Source: Flectonema sp. DT1601
Taxonomy: Eukaryota
NCBI GenBank assembly: GCA_964019425.1
Contig: OZ025787.1
Span: forward strand, 1,302,001-1,366,000
Reading direction: 5' to 3'
Length of the DNA stretch: 64,000 bases
Below the pieces are notes generated by a model, which was given only the letters and a program-made list of their open reading frames with translations, searched no databases and was not told where the DNA came from. The position numbers and the translations under genes were made by a program. Numbering within the stretch: position 1 is the stretch's first letter; each line of letters begins with the position of its first letter. Below, one piece after another: positions 23,417 through 35,817 of the stretch.

Positions 23417-24394
23417 ATGTCTGCCATCGCAACCCTTCTTGCCGCCGGAGCTGCCGCGTCATACCAGTGCCCTGGAAGCCCTGCTTTCGTGTACGCCTCA
23501 TGTGAAGTTACAGCGATTGTCAAAGGATCATGTAGCCTTGTTGGTGTTGAAATCGCTAACCGTCTTACTGGAGTTGACGGATGGACTGATCCGCACAACG
23601 GTGGAACCTACAAGATGACCCAAAACACCTCAACTTCTATCTCTGGACAGAGGGAAACTGGTTCCGCTCCACACACTCCAGGAAAGCACTACACTGACAA
23701 GTTCACGTTGACTCTGACCCCAATTGATAGCTTCACATGCTCTGTTGCTGCTTGCTCGGAGAGCCAGTCTGCTAGTTTCTTGGACTTCTCAACCAACTAC
23801 TGTGATGTTCGTAACCTTTACTGCGGTAGGGCTGATGGATGCACTCCAGTCAGCTTCGACTTCAACAACACCGAGTCATTCGGAGACTGCAAGCAACACG
23901 ATCCTACTCAGTGTATTGTGAAGCCACAACCACCTGCAGTAGTTGAGAACTTGAAGGAATCCTACAAGTGCCCTGGATCTCCTCATGCTCTCCATGCTTC
24001 ATGTGAAGTTAGCGCCTTGGCCAACGCCACCTGCTTTCAGGTAATGAACGAAGCCAATGCCAGAGCTAACGGAACTAGTGGATGGGTTGACCCTCACCAC
24101 GGAGGTATCTACAGTCTTACTACTGTCACCCCAACTCTTATTGAAGGTACTCACAAGACTGGTAAGTCACCACATTACACTGACAAGTTCATTCTGACCC
24201 TCGCTAATGTAAACGGAAAGTGTCAGATTAGTTCTTGTTCAGAATCTCAGGTGACCAGCATCCTTGACGGATCAACCAACTACTGCAATGTACACAACTT
24301 GTACTCAAATGACGTGAAGAGTGCCCTGTTCAGTTTCTCTTCAATCGAGTCATTCGGAACCTGTCACGAGCACACAGCTTCTGACTGCCATTAA
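23417..24394 (+). CDS. Secreted Cys-rich two-domain protein, array copy 4
   Basis: Differs by PHYTD (vs PHFTD) and TSILDG (vs TSVLDG). Confidence 0.9.
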   Translation: MSAIATLLAAGAAASYQCPGSPAFVYASCEVTAIVKGSCSLVGVEIANRLTGVDGWTDPHNGGTYKMTQNTSTSISGQRETGSAPHTPGKHYTDKFTLTLTPIDSFTCSVAACSESQSASFLDFSTNYCDVRNLYCGRADGCTPVSFDFNNTESFGDCKQHDPTQCIVKPQPPAVVENLKESYKCPGSPHALHASCEVSALANATCFQVMNEANARANGTSGWVDPHHGGIYSLTTVTPTLIEGTHKTGKSPHYTDKFILTLANVNGKCQISSCSESQVTSILDGSTNYCNVHNLYSNDVKSALFSFSSIESFGTCHEHTASDCH

Positions 24395-24973
24395 ACAGAC
24401 TGCTGTTCCAAATGAAAATACTTATGGTGATGCCGTTAAGGGTACACCGAGTAATTTCGTTTATATTTTAAGTTTTGTTCTGCTGATGTGTCCTTTTTAA
24501 AGTTCACATTGAGCCACCGCTTCCCATCCAGCAGTAATCATTGAAGTCACTTCAGGTTTGATTTTATGTACTGAAGTTCCCCGTGACGCATATTTCTTCC
24601 TCTCTGATTGTTTTATCGTAGCGTTTCAAGTGAATTAAATCGTACTGGGGGAGCGAGCTTTGCTCTCCCTCCCTCACCAGCATAATTTCCGTAGCTTTGC
24701 GTTGTTTGTGAAGAGTATTGAAAAGAAAAAAAGAGAAAAAAGGAAGGAGAAGATGAATCTTTTAGTGTTATTATCCACACTTCGAGTCTCTCAGTAAGAA
24801 AATATGAATCAAATAAGAAGCTAACAACTGACGGGTAGACAATGAGTGATATTTGACCGTTCTGTAAGCTTGCATGTTCGTTATTTAAATAGAGATTATA
24901 TTATTAATTTTCTTTTTTTTTTGAAAAAACAGTGTCATCACCTTTCAACAAAATATTCAAGAAAAAAAAAAAA

Positions 24974-26051
24974 ATGAGTTTTCAGCTAAAGCCAGTAATT
25001 GATGCGGTTCAGTCCCGCTGCACGACTGCCGTTGACACGGCTCAGGAAGCTCTTACATCCGGGAGGGCTGAAGTTAATTCGGTATGTGAAGATGATTTAT
25101 TTTTCTCGCGTTATTACGATCGTCTGAACATATGCAAACAACACCCAACAGAGATACGCTCAGCTAAAGGAGAACGCAACCACTGAGAAGGTTAAGGAAA
25201 ACTACGAGCATATGATTGTAGAGGTAAAGACTCGATTGGATTCCCTCCTGAACCTGATGAAGGAGTTGGTGGAGGCAACACAGACGGAGGCGAAGACTTT
25301 CGAGAGATCGAAGGAGGCTCTTGACGCGGCACAGAAAAAGGTGCAATTGCTGATTGTGAAATTCGAAGCCCTGCTGAAGGATCTACAGAAGAAGATGGGG
25401 GAGGTGTACGTAGCGTACATTCCAGAAGAGCGCAGACAGGAGATCAACAAGTTCCTTGAGGGAGCGACGAAGCAACTTAGCGAGGGACTCCTTCAGGTGA
25501 AGGATGTGTACAAAGAAAAGGAGCTTCAGGGAGTTGCGCAGTTCGGGAAGGTCGTGGAGTGGGCGAGTGAGAAGTCGAACGAGGTGCAGACGAAAGTGTC
25601 GGAACTGACCGACGAACACGTGAAGCCGAGGTTCGAATCTGCGAAGGAGGTTCTGACCAACTACTCTCCAGATGCAATGGAGAAGGCGAATGAGGGATTC
25701 TCTGCGTTGATGGACGAGGAGCAGACTTACTTTGCGAGATTGACTGCATTCCTCTACATCATCTTTCAGGCAGTAATTGCTCTTGCAACTACCAAGCCTG
25801 TTCCAGAGGAATCAACCGAAGAAATTTGTGAAGAAATGGGATCTGTAAGAAGTACTATACCTGAACCTATCGAAGAAGAAGCAACGGTGTCAGCAGAAAA
25901 CACTGAAGAACAGCAAGAAGAAGAACAACAAGAGTTTGAAATCCAAGAGAAGCCTGTTGGTGTATGTGACTCCCCTGTTGGTTCTGAGGACGGTGCCAAG
26001 AAGAGTCCGGACAGCGCGCCTAAAACACCAAAAACTTCAACTCATTCGTAA
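24974..26051 (+). CDS. Amphipathic-helical/coiled-coil family protein, paralog C (335 aa); exons 24974-25081, 25152-26051
   Basis: Exon 1 MSFQLKPVIDAVQSRCTTAVDTAQEALTSGRAEVNS, intron GTATGT..CCCAACAG, shared core, long Glu-rich C-terminal extension. Confidence 0.87.
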
Positions 26052-27798
26052 ACGTGACTTCAAACTAAGAATATCAATTTTTTGATCCGTCTTTTTATCT
26101 GTTTGTATTCGTACGACCCAACGAACTGCCCTTATGTCCTCCCAGAGGTTTCACTCAACACGGTACTCCCTGCGCGTCTTCGCGGAGTAGTAATGTTTAG
26201 TTTAACGCCAGTAAACGAAGAGCAACACGGAAGCATGTGAACAAAATAAGAAGAAAAAAGCTATGCAGAAAAGAAAGAAAAAAAAAAAAAAAAAATTGTG
26301 TTTTTTTTTAGTTTCGTTTTCTTTAAGAAGTTACGATGACGATGTTATTTAAGGAAATCTGCTGCAAAAAAAAAGAAAAAATCGATTTCCCAGAGCGACT
26401 GTTGCGTAGCCCTTGTTGACATCACTACTATGATGTGGTCTTATTTGTGATTTTTTGGTTGTGTCCTTTACAACTAGCATGTGATTCTCATTCCCTCTAT
26501 ATTCACAACATATATTCTTGAAAAACGAAAAGAAAGAAAAAAAGGAAAACGAACTAACAGTTTACACGTATCAGTATCTTTTAAATTATTTCTTGACGAA
26601 GGTAACTTCATGCAAGAATATTAAAAGAAAGCACTGTCAAACAAGGGTTATCCCTGATAAGCAGAATAAAGAATTTTTTTTTTTTTTTTTTGGGTAAATA
26701 TGAAAAAAAACTAATATTTGCCGAATAAGAAAGAAAAAAAAAAAGAGTAGTCTCGAATTGTCTCTCTCATTACATTGCAGGCTGTGGCAGAGATTGTTTT
26801 CTGCTTTGGGTGAATTCGTTGAGCAGGATAAGGCAGTAGACCTAATCCCGTTTTAAATTTTTTATTGTTACTAGCCATATTGGCATTTTTCGTCTTCCTC
26901 ATCTATCCTTGAAGCGATATACGAATTCATCGATAATATGACAATGTCTGTTTGAGAACAAATCAATCTACGTCTCCCACCCCTCGTTTTTTTTTCCCCT
27001 CCATTTCTACGGGTGTGCAGATCACTTCTTAGTACGTAAGCATGCAGCTCTTATTCTCAAGGCGGGTCTTGATACAAAATATTAGGTACACTACGGTTCT
27101 CTCTTTTTTTTTTTTTTTTTTTTTTTTGTTAGACTGAATAGCGACGGAGTCTATTTGTTCGTCAGCTGCCAGTAGTAAGGATGTGGGTTGGAAAAAACTT
27201 TTTTTTTGAAAGAGTTTTTGTAAAAACATTCTAATGTCAAAAAAAAAAAGAAAAAAAAAAAAAAAAACAAGAAGTAAACTACTGTTCTGGAAACCCCCAA
27301 TATTTTCTTAATCAGGCTTTTTTTGCCCAGCAAGAAAAAAGCTGCTGCGAGCGTCACCCGTCCCTCAAATTATTTGTTGCGTTTCTTGGTAGCATCGCAT
27401 GTGTTGTGTTCTTCCTTTGTGAATATTGTTCCGAATAAATTCTCTTACATCATAATTAAACTCTCTCACTATTTTCCCCATTCACTTCGCTTTAAGAATA
27501 CAGTATCAAAATTATCCCCTTCGTTGTTGAAGACGTGTTTTTTACAAAGCGACAGGAGTGTAACGATGACACCTTTATTTTGGGTTTGTTTTTTTGGTTA
27601 CACCAAACTAACTAAAGTGGCTAGTACTAACTTAATACTAACAAAACTGCTATCTCTCGACTGTGAAAATTACAAGCAGAGCTTTGTAACACGTTACTTC
27701 TGAAGACTCTGTACCCTAAGGTACGTCACTAGTGAGAAAAAAAAAAAAAAAGAAAAAAAAACTTTATGTTCCTTCGTTTAGCATGTGCGAACTGTCTG

Positions 27799-27829
<31 letters not shown>

Positions 27830-30619
27830 CTGTAGCAGCAGAGAAAAAAAAAAAAAAAAAACTAAACTAATCTAGTCTAATAGGGTTTAATTATTTTTTC
27901 TTTTTTATATTATATTATGCTTTTGGTTTCGTCGTACATCGCGCCCCCCTGTAAAAAAAAAAGATTCAACTATGAGTCTGCAGTAAATTTTTATCATCTG
28001 TTTTTGGTTTAGTGAGTTGGGGTTTTAACGTAATATTCTTGTTTTTATTTTATTTTTTGTTTGGATTCTTCAGCCCTCTGTTTGGATCCACGACAAAGTG
28101 TATAGCTTAGATTCGTGGTTTCCTAGTACAGAAAGAAAACAAGTGGCATGAGCAGTGGGAAACATGCCCTCGGTACGCTGTTTTTGAACTTTCAATATTT
28201 CCTTTTTTTTATTTTTATTATATTCAGATGTGGTCTAGTGAGTTGTAATTTCTTGCTGTCTGGTAGAAATTTTTTTTTTTTGAAGATCGCATGATTAAGG
28301 CCGGATGACTTAACAGAGAACGAATGGCCAGGACCCTCCCTTTTTCGTTTTCCCCATTCTTCTTTTGCTGTTCCTTTTTGCTCTGACGGCGTGATTTCTT
28401 GTTTCATGCGACGACATGCTTGAGAGTTAAAAAAAAAATGAAAAAAAAACTGTTCTCCAAACCTCCCGCCTACAGACGTCTGTCTGATCCCAAGATAAGC
28501 CAAGAAAAGTTAACAGATGTTGCTGAAGGCTGTTGTTATTCTGGCTCAATTCCCCTTTCCAAGGCTTTTTACCACATCCTTGATTAAGATTTTATTTTAT
28601 TTTATTTTATTTATTTTTTTTACACTAACTGTTGTAGGTTTCTTCTTGAATTCTTTTTATTTTTTTTCCTTTTTTGAATTCTAAAAATCTCGTTCCTTAC
28701 GGAGAGTGAATTTTATTTTTTTTTTAAATTTTTTACCACCACCAACTTTTATCTATATATCTTGTTTTCCCCCTCACTGGAATCACTTTACTGATTTTGA
28801 ATGCTATTTCGTTCTTTCACCTGGTATTTTACAAATTACAATATAATCTAAACTATATTTCAATCCCTATTCCCTCGCCCTAATCTGCAGGCGATTCGAT
28901 TTTTCTTTCCTTTCTATCTTCGCAGACTGGCTTTCTAAGTGCCATGCTTGCAATTTCTTTTCTTGAAAAAATAACTTTTATTACGGCAAATAAATACTTT
29001 GTCATGCTTGCTTTCTTGAGGAAAAAGGAGAAGACAACTAATAATATGGAAGGTCTTTATTTTTACATTGGAACGTATTTGTTCCCTTGTAGTGTGAGAA
29101 AAAGACTGTAGTTAATTATTATCATCTTTAGTTTCCTTGTTTTCTTTATTACTATTTTTTTTTTTTTTTTTTTTTTAATGTTTCACCTTTATAATAGGGG
29201 AACAAAAAAAAAAAAAAAAAAAAAAAAAAAACCCCTTCAGCGTTGTGATTGACAGTTGAGATTTCTTTTTTTTTTTTTTAAAAATAGGTTTATTTTGTTT
29301 TTGTTAACGAGCAAAGCTTGATCAACCACTTGTATATGGGACAATTACAAATGCATGCTGTACGCATTGGAACTCCAGAATATATAAATCTCTTTTTACG
29401 AAGTCATTCGTTTGTGGAAGTTAACAACCCACATGGTTATCATCATGTATGATCCTTCCTTATTGTTCTTTTTTAATTACCTTTTGTTGAAAAGGAGAAT
29501 TTTTGATTAGTGTTTTTACGGTATACTGATTTCTAATGTGGTATATAATAAATAAATAAATATTATTAAGTAAATTAGTTGAATGTGTAGTATCTCTACA
29601 CAGTAGACGGAATCCGTGGAGGGATATATTTTTTTTAACAAAAAAAAAAAAAAAAAAAGGGGAGTGACTCTCCGCCCCATCGGAGCGAGATAAAATGTTT
29701 ATTCAAAAAAAAAAAAAAAAAAAAAAAAAACGGAAAAAATAAAATAAGTTTAAAAAAAAAGCTATCCCGAGATGGCAATTTTTTTTTTTTTTTTTTATTT
29801 TAAATTTTATTATCACAGTTGGTTATTAGCATTTAGAAACGTTTAGTATCTCTAATGGGGTCGAAGCCGTATACTGTCAGAATGGTAGTCGTGTGTATGG
29901 GAAATTGGCTCGCCTCACACATTCTTTTTGTTTTGTTATACATTACTGAAATATACAGTTCTGAAGGAAAAGGGCTGTCTCCTTTTTCCTTACACAGAAG
30001 TATGACTTGTGGACGAAACAAATAATGAGGTCTTCTTAAAGCTGTCAGGATATTCCTTTTTTTGAGTTTTCACACTCATGTTAGAAAGGAGGGTGGAATT
30101 TTTCTTTCTTTTTTTTTTCTTGTTGGTCTTGTTTTTCTTTTTTATTTTCCTTCTCACACATTTTTGTCCTTGTTGTTACCTTTTTTGTTGTTGTATTTGC
30201 GTGTGTCCGCTGCGTTACTTTCCCAAACTCTCCACAATCTAAAAAAGGGAATAAACCTTTCTCTACTTGCATACCTCTCTATTTTTTTTTCCGTTTGTTT
30301 CTTTCATTTCCTTCATTCTTTTCTTTTTTTCAATAACTCTGAAGGGAATTACTACAGATCGAGTCTGTTTAAAAAAAAAAAAAAATACACTTTTTCTTTT
30401 TTTTTTCTCCTCTCGTTCACCCTCCTCAATTCAGAATTCACTAACAATGCGTGAAGTTCGGTTAACTCTCGTAAGTAGTAACTTGAGACTAAGTTGAGCA
30501 TTACTACGGTCACTGTATCCTTAGCAGAATAAGGTTGCGTTTTTACAATGCGTATGTTGTCTTTTTGATGAGGGGAAAATATGTTGGGTTTTTGTGATGC
30601 AAAGTTAATTTTTCATTTA

Positions 30620-31273
30620 ATGAGCAGCCTAACCCTACAAATAAAAACAATGGCCACGACATCCGCCACTGCTTCCTACGAGACTGTAGTGAAGAATATA
30701 AATGAAAAATTGGAGGTTTTAATGACTGTGCTCAACGAATTGGTTGAAGCCGCAAAGAAAGAAGAAAAAACCCTTGAGGAAACAGCCATTGCTGCGGGAG
30801 AACAAATTAAGAAATTAATGGCGAAGTGCGAGGGAGTTTTGAAGGAATTGTTATCGAGGTTAAACGATTTATATATAAAAACAATACCAGATGACCAAAA
30901 AGAAGTAATAAATAAAACAATAGAATCAGCCAAAGAACGAGTTACTAAGGGTCTCCTACAGGTAGAAGACGCTTTCAAAACAGGAGGAGAAGCTGGTCTG
31001 GCACAGTACGACAAGGTAAGCGAATGGACGAACGATATTAAAAAACAAATCGGACCTGGTATGGAAGCGGCCCGTGACTATCTCACATCGTATTCTCCAT
31101 CCGCAATGGAAAAAGCCAGCGAAGCAGTTGCAGTCTTCTCCAACAACCAATTAGGTTTCGCAAACAAGCTAACATGCAGCATTCAACTTCTGTTTGCAGC
31201 TCTTTGGATATTATTTACGACGGCATTCAATACTTTTACAAACAGAAACAATACACAAAAAAAAAACGAATAG
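30620..31273 (+). CDS. Diverged fourth member (paralog D) of the amphipathic-helical family
   Basis: Aligns with A-C: QIKTMATT/QLKENATT, ELVEAAKKEEKT/ELVEATQTEAKT, GLLQVED/GLLQVKD, LTSYSPSAMEKASE/LTNYSPDAMEKANE. The MSSLT start resembles MSSIT/MSSFT; exact start uncertain (30620 or 30650). Confidence 0.8.
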   Translation: MSSLTLQIKTMATTSATASYETVVKNINEKLEVLMTVLNELVEAAKKEEKTLEETAIAAGEQIKKLMAKCEGVLKELLSRLNDLYIKTIPDDQKEVINKTIESAKERVTKGLLQVEDAFKTGGEAGLAQYDKVSEWTNDIKKQIGPGMEAARDYLTSYSPSAMEKASEAVAVFSNNQLGFANKLTCSIQLLFAALWILFTTAFNTFTNRNNTQKKNE

Positions 31274-32220
31274 TACCCTATCCCTTATTCTTATAAATGT
31301 TTTACTTTGTGTTAAATAGATAGTTAGTATCAGACCTCTTTAGTGTCTGACGACTCTCTTTAATAAATATCAGCGTACCATTGTCGGAAGTCCCAGACCT
31401 TATTCTTTGGAAGCTGTCATGTTTTAGTTTAATTTTATCCACAGTCAAGAGCCATATCTCTGTTTGTTGGATTTCATCTGTTGTATCGTTTTTTTTTTTT
31501 TTTTTTTCCCCCTTTTTTTTGTAATCAGCGCGAGTGCATGTTGTCCTGCTCAAGTCTGTCTGAGGTCATTACGACTGCAGCCTTATTCTTTTCTATTTGC
31601 AATTTCAGTTGTGATTTTTTTTTTTCATTGAAAAATCACACGGAGAAAAAAAAAAAAAAAAAGAAAAAAACGTTGTAGTTTTTTTCTCTTTAGGACAATT
31701 AAAAAACCCACATAGTCAACTGTTCCTCTATCAAAATCCGTAACATCCCTCCCTGTGGTCACTGTGTCATAGATTCCTAATGCTTGTGTTAGATAACTTT
31801 GATAACAATACATATGTTTATATTATTATAAATATGCACAAACAGTTCGGCCCTTCATTAAACCCTCCTTTTCCTATAGCCTCAAGAAAAGAAAAAAAGT
31901 ATCAATTTACCTTTACTTCCCATGGTTAGTTAAACAGCTAAGACGAACGAAGATTTTTGTTTCCTTTTTTTTTTTTTTTTGTTTGTTTCTGGAGACAGAA
32001 ATAAAAAAAACTTTTTTCTTTTTTTTTTTTTTTTTTAATTACTCAACTCTACTGGTATAACTGAACAGAAAAAATGTTTCGTTGTGACGTGAAAAGGTTG
32101 CGAGTTGTTTGCTTTTTTTTTTTTTTAAAACTCAAAAAAAAGATTAATATTTACAACTGGTTCCGAGTAATGTTTTTTTTCCTTTCAGAAAAACATCAAA
32201 AAAAAAAACCAACTCATATC

Positions 32221-32829
32221 ATGCACGATGCACAAATGGTTGCGGGACCTCGTCCACGCCCTGGTCTCGCAGCACCAGCATGTGGAGGACCAATAGTTGC
32301 CGGGCCAACTCCATTGTTAAGCAGACCAATGTCATTTAGTAGCGCGAGAAGCATATCGTGGCCTCTAAAGGATGATGGTAGCAAATGGGAGTGTGGGATT
32401 GATATTGATGTCGTTCTCGCAGCGAGCCCTGCTTTCAAACAATCTTACAACGTCAGTTCTCAACAGTTTCAGAGAAAGTTGAGAAGGCTGTGGCCTTCTG
32501 GAGAAGAGCAAAAGATTAATATTTTATTAAGTTCTCCAGAGTTCATTCAAAAACCATCTGGAATGATGAGATGCTATAAGAAGATGCCATGTCCTGCACG
32601 TAGTACTCCGAAGATTATGGGAAGCGTAAAGAAAATGCCGCAGCTCTCTGACTGTAACTTATCAAGTTTGGATAACTCGATGGTTTCTACGTCTGCGAAC
32701 TCATCTCGATCATCAACGATCGCTGATGAGAGTACAGCGCAAACCACTCCTTCAACACCATCACTGAGTGATGACGAAATCACTGCTGCAATATATGAGA
32801 AACTATCTGCTCTTGCGATACTAAAGTAG
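32221..32829 (+). CDS. Hypothetical protein
   Basis: T-rich acceptor at 32188, ATG 32221, coding-like composition up to TAG 32829. Confidence 0.72.
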   Translation: MHDAQMVAGPRPRPGLAAPACGGPIVAGPTPLLSRPMSFSSARSISWPLKDDGSKWECGIDIDVVLAASPAFKQSYNVSSQQFQRKLRRLWPSGEEQKINILLSSPEFIQKPSGMMRCYKKMPCPARSTPKIMGSVKKMPQLSDCNLSSLDNSMVSTSANSSRSSTIADESTAQTTPSTPSLSDDEITAAIYEKLSALAILK

Positions 32830-33256
32830 TATACTGTTTTTATATTTCAGTCAAATTACTGCATCTGATCTCTGGCAACTAGTCATCAGGTTTTTTTAGA
32901 ATAAATACACTTCCAATAGTGTGCTTACACCAACTTACCAATTAGGTTGGTCCTGACGCCTTGTTGATTTCTTTCAACGGGGAGAAGAAAAAAAAAGATA
33001 TAATTTTCTTTGTACTCTTTACATTCCACACCTCCCTTTCTTTGATTTGTTTTTTTCAAAATGCATTTTTCTTTTTAATTATTAGGTTATTGTAGTTGTA
33101 GTTTTCTTTTTTCAAACACAGTTTAGTAATTTAATTCCTTCTGTGTGTTGTTCTCGAAGTTGTGGTTGTGGAACTTAATTGCTATTTGTGCTTGTTTTGT
33201 ATTTCATCCCCTGTCCCTTTCTCTTTCTGAACCAGCCACTTACCAGTTAACAAAAT

Positions 33257-33288
<32 letters not shown>

Positions 33289-34404
33289 TAACCCAGCTGT
33301 TGCTGTGTTTTTTTTTTTCTTCTTTTTTTTTTTCCACTTTTTGCCTGTTGAGACTGTTTCTCTGATAACTTTTCATCCATTTTCATAAGTGAATGAAAAA
33401 AGTTTTTTTCCCCCTTCCCTCTTTACTTTTAACAATTCACATGTAGTAGTACAAATATAAAGAACCTGCCAAAGGCAGTTCTATCCTTAGTTATTTCTTA
33501 TTAAAAAATATTTTACTTCCCCCATCCAAAACCAGTAGCTACATACGGTTACACTTTTGCCGAAGCGTCACACACGCAATTTTTTTTTTTTTTTTAAAAA
33601 AAAATACCAATATAATAGCAGTAGTAAAATTAAAGAGAGTGCTTCTTGCTCTTTTTTTGTTTCCTTCCCCCCTGTCAATGGAAAATTATGAGAATCAATC
33701 TATTTAAAAAAAACTTAAAAAAAAAAAAAAAAAACCCCAATCCAAATGTAACATACATAAGAAGTGCAGCCTGTCGTGCGAAGTACGTAATATCTTGAAA
33801 GCTGAACTCAGCTTTTTATTTATTACTCACGAGACCACGACACGGAAGCAACTTGTATCCGGCTTATACTTAGCAAGAAAAGAACTTTACTGACAATAAA
33901 TAAATAAGAAAAAAGAGTATCTCTCTCTCTTGTAGTTATGTTTTTTGACAAACTAGTGGTTACCTTTATAATTTCATATGTAGCTTAGTTAGAAAGTGAG
34001 ATTAAATCAATATCGGTCTTCTGATTTAAAGTATTCACCGATTTGATACATTCTTACTTTCTGTGAATAACTTAACCTGTGATTCATTTTAAAAATTTTT
34101 TTTTTTCTTTTTCCCATGATATTCCCTACGTTTGTTTCTTTTTCCTTTTGTTGTAGTTGATTATTTTTACTTTTTTTTTCTTCTGTGAATTGATTGAATA
34201 CACATCTACTTTTTCAGTTTACATAAATAGCACCAACATGACACCCCGAAGTGAATCAACAAAGTCTTATAACTCTGTTGTTATCATTATAAGCCGACTA
34301 ATACTGAACAAAAGCAGCCTTCTAATATTCGTGGTAGATACCCTCCGTGTATTACATTCTTTTATTCCTTTTTAAAGGTAACAATTACAAAAAAAACTTA
34401 TAAA

Positions 34405-35214
34405 ATGGGTCAGCTTACCTCAATGAGTAGACAAATGATGATAAGCAGCCTTCTAATGTTGTTAATAGTTGGATATACTGGGTACTGCATTGGTAACTCA
34501 AGAGAACACGCAGGTGCAAGTGTCATCGTGAAGAATAAGTTAAAGGTAGTGGAAAGTTACACTAAAAGTATCAGAGACTGTGAGAAAGGATTGGAAGACG
34601 CAATGAATAATTACAATCTTGAGAGTCAAATCGATGACTCTCTAAATCGACTTGAAATGTTCAATGAGCTTTACGACACTGCTAAAGCTGCATTTGATGA
34701 ATGCTCTATTGATCGTGAAAAAATAGCTCTGAAGAGAGTAAAAAATGACGAATACATTGTAAGCATTAATCAGATTAAACAAGACTTGTCAGACATAGAA
34801 ACTGTTATTGGAGAAATGCGTGATGAAAAAGAAACAAACAGGACTACCATGAAAGAGAAGATAACTTCTTTACGACTTGAAAATCAAAAGCTTCGAGCAG
34901 TCATAAACCAAAGCTCTATAATACAAGAGGTAGAAGCAAAAAAGGAAAAAGTTATTTTGGAATTCTCACGCCAACAAGGACCTGGTCTAGGAGAAGTAGG
35001 AGAGAATGCAAAAGAAACATCAGGGCACAAGGACGGACGTGATGCCAGACTGCGAGAACTTATCGCCAAGGGGACTTTAAATCAGAAGGACGGGTGGGAA
35101 CGTGATGACCAGGAATGGGAAATCATACCCGAGGGAGAAGAAGAAAACCCGTCAGGGAAGCCTGCAGATCAACCCCCTCGCAAGAATCGTCGTAGAAGGA
35201 AGAATAAAAAATAG
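34405..35214 (+). CDS. Single N-terminal TM + coiled-coil protein (type II membrane-like)
   Basis: Hydrophobic MMISSLLMLLIVGYTGYCIG followed by a long heptad-rich region and a basic C-terminus. Confidence 0.8.
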   Translation: MGQLTSMSRQMMISSLLMLLIVGYTGYCIGNSREHAGASVIVKNKLKVVESYTKSIRDCEKGLEDAMNNYNLESQIDDSLNRLEMFNELYDTAKAAFDECSIDREKIALKRVKNDEYIVSINQIKQDLSDIETVIGEMRDEKETNRTTMKEKITSLRLENQKLRAVINQSSIIQEVEAKKEKVILEFSRQQGPGLGEVGENAKETSGHKDGRDARLRELIAKGTLNQKDGWERDDQEWEIIPEGEEENPSGKPADQPPRKNRRRRKNKK

Positions 35215-35817
35215 TACTGAACTACCAACCAACACATGCCAGTCATTCAATGATGGTCGAGAAGTATCCCTTCGCGACAGAAAGCTAATCTCAAAGAAAA
35301 AAAAAAAAAAAAAAGAAAAAACCGCAACGCTCATTTGATGATTCCAACAAGTCGTTTGCCGTAATCAAAAAGTCCACTGGATTTTAATAAGCTCCGGCAG
35401 GGGAGGGAGAAAATAGCTGAAGGAGAAAATATTCTCGTTGGCTCGTACGAGTTTGGAATAAAAAGATAAAGAAAAACAGAAGAAAAGAAGAGGAGGAGGT
35501 ACACGTGATATCTGTTTCCAACAAAATTACTGAATCGAGAGAGTAAGTCCAGGGGTGACCCTGTCACTTGCCCATCCAGTAAGCAGTTGCAGAGACACAT
35601 CTTCTGCTGATTATTGTTTGTGAGATATGCCTTACCCTTTTTGAGGAGTTAGGTACAAATACGCAAGTTGCGGAGGAAAAAAAAAAGAACCAAAAAAAAA
35701 AAAAACTCCTTTTTTTTATTGTGAGATGTTGCTCTGCGTGAAAATGAAATATTTTTTATTTCAAAAACCTTACATGTTATTTCCCCCTTCACTATCCAGA
35801 TAGTTAACATCATCAAC

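Larger units (their letters stand above)
16435..24686 (+). repeat. Tandem gene array, 4 gene copies, unit 2111-2112 bp
   Basis: ATGs at 17082, 19194, 21305 and 23417 (spacings 2112, 2111, 2112); intergenic spacers near-identical; outer flanks diverged. Confidence 0.95.

Noticed and set aside
16435..24686. Array considered as a mobile element or CRISPR-like structure
   Set aside because: Units are whole gene-plus-spacer duplications; no transposase/RT, terminal repeats or repeat-spacer pattern.
28076..28140. Hairpin followed by AGA, like a single-hairpin H/ACA-type snoRNA
   Set aside because: Short stems and no recognisable rRNA target; needs a dedicated search.
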